Of a stretch of DNA of 64,000 bases, positions 53,128 to 64,000 are shown one piece after another. Below the pieces are notes generated by a model, which searched no databases, was not told the DNA's origin, and was given only the letters and a program-made list of their open reading frames with translations. Position 1 is the stretch's first letter, and each line of letters opens with the position of its first letter. Position numbers and translations under genes: made by a program. The DNA is from Lingula anatina (Eukaryota; Animalia; Brachiopoda), in the NCBI GenBank assembly GCA_051362555.1, contig CM120640.1:60180788-60244787 (forward strand), written 5' to 3'.

Positions 53128-55202
53128 TCAAGCAGAGTCCTTCTCATCTTTTGATGCTTCATCAAAGGTACCAACCAAATCTGCAGCAAGCAAATGCATT
53201 TTATACAATATAAATTCTTTTGTATTATTATTTGGGGAGAAATTAATTTAAGTGAGCAGTAAAGAAAAATATACGATTTTAAGAGCCTTGCTTAAAATTA
53301 TTGGTGTTCAACTTAATAACTAATGACAATATTATCATGCCAAATGCAAAGGTAAAGAGAATTTGCATCTATTTATCATCTCACCTGGTACTTCATCATC
53401 ATCATCATCTATTTCATCTGTGGCAGGTTTATTTCCATCTCCAGCAGCTAAAACAAAATATAACCAATGTTAAGTATTTGTCACACACACACACAAGCAT
53501 TATCATTCCAAAACTATATTAATAAGAGCAAGATAACAGTTCTTTTTTTTTTTTTTAGATTTCTGTGTGAACAATGATGCCCCCCCCCCCCAAATTCCTA
53601 ATTTTTAACATTCAAAAACATACCAGTGCCTGCTACACTCTCTGCCAATTTCTTGAGATTAGTCAAACCCTCAGTTCCTAACTGATTGAGGATTCCTGGT
53701 AGCATCTCTGTGATCTCTGAAGATGAAAAAAGGGGAATTAAAATTAAGCTGACTTTAATATGCAATAACAGTTTTACAGATTGTTCCAATGTTCACTACA
53801 ATTACAGGTAGTGTGTAAAATGTTGACAACCTTTTTGAAACATTTAATTAATGATTAATGAATATAGGAGACAGTTTTAAAACATAGTCAAAGTTAAATT
53901 CACAAAGATGATTATTTTTCATTATTTACTGTAATTCAATAAGCACATTAATTGCTATGGAAAGAATGCCACAATTAGAGACCAACTTTCTTCTCAAGTA
54001 ATGATCCATGCTTATTTGGGACTGTACTTTTACTACCACACTCTTTCTCCTGTTATTTCCATACAAGACGTGCAAAGAAACTACTTCTCGTTCTGAATTG
54101 ATTATATAAGCCCTGTTAGATCCCAAGAAAACTTACGTTTTGTTTCTGCATGACCATTGATTGCAAATGTGTTGGCAGCTAGTGAAGCCTGTACTTTTGG
54201 ATTGTTGAAATGAATTACTTGTCCATCATCTTTGATCATATTTACCTACGGAGTAAGGCAGGTATATTTATAATCATCTTGTTTAATAAAGAACCCCAAA
54301 TGTAGTACATAATATGTAAAAGACAGCATTAAAGTCATTTCAATAAAACATGTAATTATTTTCTAAGTGCTTCACATTTTATATAGAAAAATGCAATCTC
54401 ACCTCTTCTATTCCAGGTATATTGTTTACTGCTAATTTCTTAAGGGAACTTTGTAACTTTTTATCATCTGTGGTTGCTGTTCTGTGGACTGCCTTCTTCT
54501 TCCTTCTTGGTGTACCCTGTAACAATTTGTTAACAATTGAAGACAACAAGCCAGTTTGACATAAAATACAAACTTTATCAGCTTCCCCAAAGGAGGTGCA
54601 GTACATCCAACAACCTCTCTATAAAGATGATGGTGTCCAACAAAGTTTTTAATTCCACTTTTCCTAGCATTTTCACTTTACCAAAAACCTAAGTCCAGGA
54701 AAATAAATAAAGAAATTTAAAAGGATATTATAAAGCAAGTTATGTAACGATGCAATAGAAAAAAACTTGAATACCATGTTATTTTATGTGAAGATACATA
54801 ATTACAACAATATACCTGATGGGCACCAGAGGGCTGGGATATTATTGACGTCACGAATTAGTTATTACCCAGTAAAATACAAAGCCAAAATGATGGAATT
54901 AATGTAACTAATTAAAAATATATTTTATGCAAACTTTAAGATTAAAAATTAATAATATTATTATAACATTTTGTAGTGAACCTAGAGGACAGTTTTAGAA
55001 CATGGCACAAGTTCCAACACCGAAGACGATCCACCTTTCCTCTTCCTCCACTGTTATTCACAAGTTACCATGGATAAGATAACTCATGCCAAGATGGGAG
55101 GAACCAATAACTTGGATTCGAAGAAATGTTCTAACCTGTGATACTCACCTTACCCCCTATCCTAACTTGGGACTGTAAATTCTTTAATTTTTCGGGATTC
55201 AT
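53128..55202 (-). CDS. BTF3: Transcription factor BTF3 / NAC beta subunit, 6 coding exons
   Basis: Exons 55149-55202 ([18 protein letters not shown]), 54403-54516 ([28 protein letters not shown]), 54137-54245 ([18 protein letters not shown]), 53624-53716, 53385-53447 and 53128-53180 ([11 protein letters not shown]). Probable 5' UTR exon at about 55883-55945. Confidence 0.97.
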
Positions 55203-55924
55203 TATGTTTTTCTGAAAATATAAATTCTCAAGAATCAACCCTTCAAAAAAATTCTGTCAAATTTGTTCTCTTGATATCCCAATTGACACAGATGTATAAG
55301 AAAAGATTTTTTAAATCTTCACAATCAGAGCAGTAAAGGGCACTTTAATAAACAGTAACGTTAAGTGAAATACCTGTTCTTATTATCATTTAACTTGATT
55401 GTCAGTATGCTAGATGTCAGTGACGAAAAATAACTTATTCGTCAAGTGTATATCACAGAAATAGAACAGGCACCTGGCACTGCACTCGAAAAACAGTACC
55501 ATACATGGGCCTCGTTTACAGGGACTGTTCCTGTCAATCAATTTTGATCACCTTTGTGAAAGGACTTTAGCTACCTAACGAAGAAGGTCTACTGATGAAC
55601 GAGTACTGGGCAATCCATATATGTCAAGGAAATGTTTCTTCGTGGTCGAAATTCAGTTCACCTCCAACAAATTACTTCAAAAAAGGTCTGATCTACACCA
55701 AATGAATCAACATACACAGCTCAGTCTGACACACGTGGGTTCCTGAGACTTCAAATTACTCCAAACTAACAATAAGTGAAGTTTCACATAAGTGACTATA
55801 AGTACAACAAACATCTTAATACATAGCTCTTTATGTTACCCGCTGAATGATTATAAACGTACATCACCCAAGAAATACTTACTAAAATGACAAACAGAAG
55901 TGGATTGCTTTATCCACACACAAT

Positions 55925-56277
55925 GTGATCCAAGATGGTGGAGAATGTTTGACGTCACACCTGGGGCTACCTCGATTTGCACATGGAGGAATACTCTTCA
56001 AGCTTTCAGTAATTTTATGGGCAGTATTGGTTAAAATGTATACTTGGTTGTTATTCTGAAAAATTCTGGCATAAAAAAATTAACAAATTTGCACTCAAAT
56101 TCCAGAAATAATGATCAGATTTGGCAAAATAACAAACGTGCATATAATATCATTTGGAGTTTAGAGAATATAAACACCTGAGTGACGTAAATTTTGCGGG
56201 ATTCAAGACAGAAGGCGCGAAGTTTCCATGCTTGTGGAGTTTACATTGCTGTCACACTTTGTTGAATTTCCTTCGCC
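55925..56277. promoter_or_regulatory. Candidate bidirectional promoter for BTF3 and NASP
   Basis: Divergent 5' ends about 350 bp apart; YY1-like CAAGATGGTGG at 55931-55941; CRE TGACGTCA at 55950-55957; TGACGTAA at 56183-56190; local CpG enrichment. Confidence 0.6.
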
Positions 56278-59200
56278 ATGACTGACGTTGCTGCAAGCTC
56301 ATCTGCTGTACCAGAAATGTAATATTGTCATTTTTATCGTACTTTCAATTCAATATTGTGTGTCATTTTGAGCGATAAGTCGGAAAATATTCCGAGAACA
56401 AAGGGCTGTTTTACCGTCAGTGTCAGTGTCATTCCTTCGACTTCTGAAAAACGTTGCTCGCCTCATATTGGAAATTTTGCTCGGTAATCAAATCGAATCT
56501 TCAATGTAATGGATTATGATGGATTACCTCTCAGACGTTTAAAGTGAACCCCACTTTTTCCAGGAAATGGATTTCGTTGTCGTTGATAGGGATGCCTCCA
56601 ACGTTGGCAGGGCACTCATTTTTATTTTGGGCGAAATATTCTGAGTTTGAATTAAGTGAAATAATTTTTGAAGTTATAATGCACAAGCTTTTTAGCACAA
56701 TTTTCATGTATTAGCACAGTCCTGTTTAATGTCTTTGGCAATGCTATCACATCCACCATGATATGACCGCTCTCAAATCTTTTTTACCTCTCATTGCCTC
56801 AACTGCCATATGCCTTTGAAGCCAACCAATTTTTCCTGTCTAGAGAGATCTAGAGAGTGAATAATGTAAGATCATCTGCTTGCCTATCAGTTATGTTGCT
56901 GCAAAATCATAGATATGCTTTCACAAGGGCAATGGCTACGGACAACAAACTTCCAAAAATTTGTTCGAAATTGTTTCTTACCCCATTGCAAACTCTGGAA
57001 GTTACTGGAACAATGACATTGGCTATGCAATTTCTATTGTACACATTTCTGTGTAGTAAGTTGCTTTCACAGTCTCATTATTTGACTTACCTTACACATG
57101 CAGAGGTCCATTTTTGGTTTTTCCTGTTGCTTAATTCCATGATAGCCTAACAGGTAGACACCAAGATGAATCTTACTTTACACATGGCTCTGTCAACAGG
57201 AAATTGATGGCTTTACAGGACTGAGAGCTGAGATGTGAAGTAAAATAAAGATTTGAGAGCTTCCAGATCACAATGGATGTGCATGCTTGTCATTTTAAAC
57301 TTTTTGAACCTTTTGCTTTTATGCATTACCACAGCCAGTGCATATCAAAAGTCATGAATAGGAGTGCTAACACATGAAATTTGTGCTCTTTATTTTTTAA
57401 GCAAGATATTATTATTTGAAATGGTTCTCCTAACATTAGTTGTGCTAAGAGAACTTACTAGTACTAGTGTATATATACATGTACTATTTACTTTAAGAAT
57501 ATTTTTTAATAAACCATCCATTTTACTACAGTCCTAACCAGGATCCAACAGATATGCTTGCAAAGGGCCGAAGGGATCTTCTTTGTGGAGAGATCCCTGC
57601 TGCTGTCAACTGTCTTCAAGAGGCCTGTCGCTTACTGTAAGTCTCAAATAATCAGTCTATTGATACTACAGCTGGATATCTCACGAAAGTTTGCCCAAGA
57701 CTTTTCGTTGTTGATCAATTATGGATTGATAGACCATTAATATTTATAAAAATTGTCACTATCTCTCTTAGATATTTGAAGTTGTCGACTTTCGAAATAA
57801 TATATATTCTTGCATCTAGAAGTTGGATTGTACTACTATAAAAGTAGTAGAGTGATAAAAGTATGTTGAACACAGAATCTTCCACTAAAACTTTGAAAAA
57901 TTCAGTGATTGAAATATTAAATCTTTCAAGTAATTTAGGACTATTTAGTTTTGTACATTATATTTGCTTGTGCCCATGGGATAAGTCTTGCAGCTACAGC
58001 AGTTCAGAATGGTGGATATGAAATTCCTGGAAGTGCCTAAAAGAAAGAGTATAAGAATGATCATTCACTTTTAGCTGTAAAGTGGTCTTCCTGTTACTTT
58101 CAGTGCTGAAAAACATGGTGAAACATCTAATGAGTGTGGAGATGCCTATTTCTACTATGGCAAAGCTCTTTTAGATCTGGCCAGAATGGAAAATGGCGTT
58201 CTGGGAAATGCACTGCAAGGAGGTAGTTGTTGAAATAGTGTAGTATAGATCGATATTGAATATTTCACCTGCTGTTTTCCTTGATTGAATGTTTAAGTGT
58301 TAAGATTAAAATTTTGTCTACTGCATTTAATTTTGTTTATAATTGTTTATTGTATCATAATGTAAGTTTTGTAAGTTTTATGTGCATCTTACTCTTTTGT
58401 CAAAATTTAGTGCCTGAAGAGGATGAGGAAGAAGAAGAGAAAGAAAAAGAAGCAAACACAGATGAAAATTTTGGAAAGCCAGAAGAAATAGATAGTAAGT
58501 GTTTTGGTTTTCATTTGACAAAGATGTGTTTATTTGTGAGAAGGGGTGTGTCAAACTGTTTTCTTTTTAATCCAGTCCCATTCCTTGTCATTAATTAATC
58601 AGCAACATGAAAAGAGTAAGATATTTCATTTCAGAGCAGAGGTCATGTCTTTAGTTTCATCAGCACAGCAAAAAAAATCAGCAGGTCCTCCCAATTCTGT
58701 GCTGGCCTGAACTTAGTATTTTATTTCCGGTAGTCTGTGTTTACATGTTCTATTTTCTCATAAACGTTGCCAGTCCTGAGGACTTTACAATATCAAAAAT
58801 CTTGCAGATTCTCTGACATTCGAGCAGTCATGACCAGTCGGACAGGCAGTCTCCCCATGTCTGCCCTCTCACTTACCGATCAACTTCTGAATATTTTTTC
58901 TAAGTCTCCTTCAGCTTGACAAGTATGGCAGATACAGTATGGCTTTGATAACTGTGCTTAGCATGTTGTACAGGGATTTGTTTTTTAACTATTGTCAGAT
59001 TTCTGCCTTTTTAGGAGACCAAAATGTCATTGGCCTAGGCAGCCCCCTGGACCCAATGCTATACTTTCTGACTTTTTCACTAAATGGGTGTCTCATCCCT
59101 GTTTGTAACTGCCTAACTTACCATATCTAATGCCATGATATATTGTCCTAAATATTCTTGTATTAACAAAGGCAATAAGCATTTTTGTTAAATGCAATAG

Positions 59201-62200
59201 TGCATTTATCTTTACTCCTGTATCAGTTAACATTCTTTAGAAAGATATTTAGAGGGCTTTTAGTACTTTGTGTGTGTTTTTAGTACTTAATGCAAGATAT
59301 TATGATTAACTGTGATGGTTGATTATTTATTATTAGTTTACTGTGTAATCCTCTTTAGGTGAAGAAAAAGAAAAGATAGCAACAGGAGTAAAGGAAGCCA
59401 TGGCATTGTTGGATGTAGAGAAAGAACAAGCAGAAAAGAAGACTGATGGAACTGTTGAAGAGAAGCAGAAAAATGATGATACAAGCAAGGAAGTCAAAGA
59501 TACAGAGGATGTTGAAATGAACAGCACTGATGATAATAAAGAAGGTATTGCAGAAGAGAAGGGAAAGGGTATAACAGAGGAGAAAAAAGAAGATACGACA
59601 GAAGAGAATAAAGAAGCTACAGCAGAAGAGAAAAAAGATGGTCCAGCAGAAGAGAAAAAAGATGGTACAACAGAAGGGGAGAAAAGTGCAGAGGAAGAAA
59701 AAAAGGAAGATGCACTAGCTGCAGAAGAACAGAGTGACAAGGAAAATGAAGAACCAGTCAAGAAAGAGAAAAAGGAAGAAGAAAAGGAATCTGGACAGGT
59801 AGAAAAGGAAAAAGATACGGAAACGATAACCCAGGAGGAGAAGTCTGCAGATAAGGAAACAGAAGAAGAAATGGAAACAGACAAAGCAGACAGCAATGAA
59901 GGTGCTTCAGATATCATGTGACCCAGCATGCTATTTTTTAGTTTACATTTTTGCTTTATCTGCATCTCCCCAAGACTTCTTTTGTTGACATCTTCAGGAC
60001 ATCTTCATTGATTGTTACTACTAATGCAGCTGTTACAAAGGCGAAATGTGTTTTGACTGATCAATGTTTTATGGCATATAGCATCTTTACATTGTTAACT
60101 GTAATGACTCAATCTTTTCAATGGGTAAATATTATTAATCTTATGAAAAAAAATACAGCATCTGTAAAATTCACAATTTTCCCCATTGAGAACATCGAGT
60201 AATTACTGTAGTTACTAACTGGAGCATGTAATTTAATCCTAGATTTTTATTCTAGCTAACTGCATGTTGAAAATTGCAAGTGAAATTACCTCTAAGAGCA
60301 TGCTTGAAGTATTTTTGTTTCATTCGTTCTTATAAAATGTATACTGAAGAACTGCATTATACTGTTGGGAACTTGATTTTTTTTCTCTTCATGTAAATCA
60401 CTGCTCTAGATTACACTATTTGCCCTTTAAGTGCTTTTCTAGTCAAATTCTGCTGATCTAACTAAAATTGCCTCAACGGTTTATTTGATTGCAAGCTTAG
60501 TTCAGAAAATAATGAGATACCTCTTTTTATCCATTGTTTTTGAGGGAAATCCCGTGCTGTGAGATTTGCTTCTCTTAGTTATATATTGTTATCAAACAGT
60601 AATTAGTTCAGCAGACCAAACTTGGCCAGGAAAGTCTGTAGGGTGCTCTGGGGGCCGTTTCACAAAGCAGTCGTTAGTTAGAACAACTAACTGCTGAACT
60701 ATCTTGCTAACGAGAAAACTTAAGGGGTGTTTCACGAAACAGTTGTTAACTCATCATTAAGTTCAGTCGTAAAGTCCGGTCGTTGGTTATCTCGTTACTC
60801 ACGGTAGTTTCGAAACTGTCTGCGGGGAGTGGAACTCTTGCGTAAAAGTGTCACAAAAGCACTAACTCTCCAATTTTTGGCGGCTGGAAATGCATAAAAC
60901 ATCTGCTTTGAGGTTGTCGTAAAGGATCTCCGTCACCTTTTTGCCTGTCTTTTTGTCACAGCAAGCCGCAACCTTTTGGAAATCGCATCATCCTGTGTAT
61001 ATTCTAATAGATTCTGCATATCATGAAAACGTCTTAGCGGTACGGTTAGCAATGGTAGCCGCCATATTGGATACGACAGACAACGGTAACTAAGCAACCT
61101 TTCTATTTCATTCATTAAGCATGCGTATGACAAAACTCTAGTTACGACTGGTCTGACCAGTCGTTACATATCCAAGGTAACAACGACACAACGAGCAAGA
61201 GAACTAGCGACTGCTTCGTGAAACAGCACTCATAAGTAGCGAGAGGCTAACTACCGATCGCTGACTAACTACTGCTTCGTGAAACGGGGCCCCAGGACTT
61301 TTTGATGGAGTCTAACACTAGGTACAGCATTGGACAAGTTCTTGTATGTTTAGGGTAATAACTGTGAAGAATAATTGGTTTTGTTTCAGGAAAATGTTCT
61401 TACGTTTGGCAGATTTTATTACAACTGCTAATTTAATTTTCAGGAGAGGAACAGGTAGAGGAGGAAGGTGAGGATGAAGAGGAAGGAGATGTTGAGGATG
61501 GGGCAGAAGAAAACAAAGATGAGGTAGAAACATTTTTTAAAAGTTATTCAAGAAATAATTATGAAAATGTGTATTATTGTGCAGTAGACTTATGATTTTT
61601 CTGAAAGTCTTCTGAATATAGTTACCTCTACTAATGAAAGGGGTTTTCATCAACTTTGGCTATTCAGTCCGTTTTTTAATGGACAACATATCTCAGAGTA
61701 CACTGTACACAGAATTTGTTGAAGTTTTTAGGTTGGTCAGTTATGCAGGAGAAAAAGAAGTGGTTACAATTTCAACATAATCTGAGTCTTTCAAATTTTT
61801 TTATTACTTTTTGTTTTGGTTATTCTTATCAGTTATTGCCATTTTATCTAGACAGAAGTCTGGATTTTTTGTTTGCAATGAATTTTTGAACTGTTCTAAT
61901 ATATTGTTTATCTCATTTCAGGAAGACCCTGATGACATACCTAACCTTCAGCTGTCTTGGGAAATGTTGGAACTGGCCAAGGTCATATATGAGAAGTAAG
62001 TGTCTGTATAGAAGATGGGTGATAGATGTAGCTGGACATTGTATATGTTTTATTGGTCATCCCATATGACCTAAAATAAAAATAGTTGTGGTGTGTACGA
62101 TGTTATAAAGCTAACAGTGCTGTAGTTTAAGTGCAGAAATTAAAATGTAATTGTTTCTTGATTTACAGGCAAGAAAGCAAAGAAATGAAATTGAAGGCAG

Positions 62201-63263
62201 CACAAGCACATTTGGCCTTGGGTGAAGTGGCTCTAGAAACTGGTAAATGCCCCTTTCCATGTTTTGTACCCATTACATAGGGTGTAGATATTTAGTTGAA
62301 GTTTTGTATTCACATTGCAGAGTTGAGAAAGCATTCAAAGTAAACCAGTCTGATATTGCTAAGAGTGGGCGAGATAAAATTATCAATTCAAAACGAATAT
62401 AGTTGAAATCAGTTTATTGCAATTTGTATATTGCAATTGTAAAATTGCTGTCTATCATCATGTTATGGCCAACAATATATTTGCTGTTCCTTACAGAACA
62501 GTATGAGAGTGCAATCGAAGACTTTACAAAATGCCTGAATATACAGAAGGAAAACTTGGATCCCATGGATAGATTGATTGCAGAGACGTATCCTTTACTT
62601 AATATTTACTGTCTGTTATTAAGATTAATATTTTACAGGATATTGGCACGGTTTTTGATATCATACTTTATGCAAACTGTTGTGATTTCTTGACTTCTAT
62701 GCAGACAATACCAACTTGGCTTGGCTTTCTCTTTCAACAAGCAGTTTGATGAATCACTAAAACATTATAAAGATGCCAAACAAGTCTTAGAGAATAGAAT
62801 CGGTACGTTGCATAAAGTTCAGTTGGTATGTGAGTTGATCTTGAGCAGTAGCGAAGTTGTTAAGAACGATCATCTGCTTCTTTGCAATATTTTGAATTTG
62901 GATTAGTGGAACTCTAAAAACATGCATCTTAAATGTTTTAGCAATGTTAACCAAGAAGGTAGAGGAGGCTGAAGCACAGGACAAAGGGAAAGGTAAGTTT
63001 TTCATTTGGAGTCTTTGTGTGGGAATTTTTTACTAACAGGATGAAATTCATAAAGAGCATTAACTTGTAAAAAGGAGACATCAGTTGATATGTGACTATG
63101 TATGGATCACTTTCACTGAGAAAAGTCGCAACTTGAAATTTCATTTATTATTATTATTATTATTATTATTCCCCCAGCAATTCCAACAGGGGATGATCCT
63201 ATAGTCGCAGCACGCAAGGAACTTGGTGATCTAAAGGAAATCATTCCTGACATTGAAACAAAG
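56278..63263 (+). CDS. NASP: Nuclear autoantigenic sperm protein (SHNi-TPR histone chaperone); 3' end lies outside the window
   Basis: Exons 56278-56318, 57532-57636 ([13 protein letters not shown]), 58104-58222 ([28 protein letters not shown]), 58411-58494, 59359-59901 (acidic), 61444-61523, 61922-61995 ([16 protein letters not shown]), 62169-62242 ([12 protein letters not shown]), 62497-62587, 62705-62802 (YQLGLA), 62942-62992 and 63178-63263. Confidence 0.93.
60651..61292 (-). mobile_element. PIF/Harbinger non-autonomous element in a NASP intron
   Basis: TIRs GGGGCCGTTTCACAAAGCAGT / ACTGCTTCGTGAAACGGGGCCCC; CTG and CAG flanks; internal repeats of the TIR motif. The minus-strand remnant [24 protein letters not shown] resembles the Harbinger transposase N-terminus. 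Confidence 0.75.
62588..62704 (+). other. U12-type (minor spliceosome) GT-AG intron in NASP
   Basis: 5' site GTATCCTTT; branch-like TTTCTTGAC at 62686-62694, about 11 nt before the AG; no polypyrimidine tract; splicing restores AETQYQLGLA. Confidence 0.88.
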
Positions 63264-64000
63264 GTAATGCCATATTGTGGGGTGTTGAAGTTCTCGTGAG
63301 AAATATTGATTCATTAAAAAGGCAATGTTACTTTTAAATTACTGTATGCATTGTTATTCATCAGCATTTCTAAGTTACATTTCTAAATGTAATTTGGGAC
63401 AGTTTGACCAATGAACCTCTTAAGGATGTAGATAACAGTAAATTGTCAAAATTTGGGTGTTTTTCTGAATTTGTCAGTATTAGATAGATGAAATATCAAC
63501 TACATATCAGCCTATCTTAAAATAATGGAAGTTTACAAATAAACCCATAATTTTAGCCTAATTGCTGATTTACCCCTGTGGTAGCGTGTCTGAGTTTTAA
63601 AGTAGGTCACACTTGTCCATATATGTGTTTGATTGGCAGCTCCACTGTGCAGCTGTATATTTCCCGTACTAGATTGCTGCTAACCTTTCACATTCTGTGG
63701 GTAACGTCGCGCTTTCACTTGCCAAACAATACTTTTAATTTTGAATTTATCAGTGAACTTAATTCTGACGATCTATTAAAGCTTTAAAAAGCAGACATAT
63801 AGATGAGACGTATATGGGCAAAGGCACTCCCCCTAGGTGTCACGTGGTGAAGAAGGCTGACGTCACGACTAACATGGTGGCTGCTGTCAATACATGGAGG
63901 GGGCCTCCGGTTGAAAATGTTCAATAATAATGTTGAAAATGGATGAAAGACATAGTGACAGTTACATAGGCAGTGAGTAGAGGGCTGAACCAGTATAAAT

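Noticed and set aside
53120-53130. Donor-like GTAAGG right after the BTF3 stop codon
   Set aside because: No convincing downstream acceptor was found.
59333-59965. 210-aa Ser/Phe-rich minus-strand ORF
   Set aside because: Antisense shadow of the purine-rich NASP acidic exon.
63419-64000. TE-like segment starting ttaaggatg with an inverted pair ttgtccatatatgt / acgtatatgggcaa
   Set aside because: Truncated by the window edge; its boundaries cannot be verified.

Overview
AT-rich, intron-containing animal genomic DNA; the TE repertoire suggests a marine invertebrate (inference). Six spliced protein-coding genes can be rebuilt by hand: the 3' part of EPS8 (+), a complete plastin/fimbrin (-), PIGW (-), REX1BD/C19orf60-like (+), BTF3 (-) and the 5' part of NASP (+). 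There is also one tRNA-Ala(TGC). The genes alternate tail-to-tail and head-to-head. Introns and intergenic DNA hold a 1.7-kb internally deleted Gypsy element with LTRs, PBS and TSD; two nested hAT-like elements, both with 5-bp TSDs; a 5.2-kb decayed Academ transposon carrying a Tx1/L1 fragment; three Helentron-type (HINE) elements, two with tandem arrays; an RTE 3' end; and several MITEs. Points worth a second look are two alternative last exons in EPS8, a U12-type intron in NASP, and stacked sense-strand hairpins in BTF3 and NASP introns. I see no clear-cut novel multi-gene system. All exon calls and pairings were made by eye, without alignment or folding tools.
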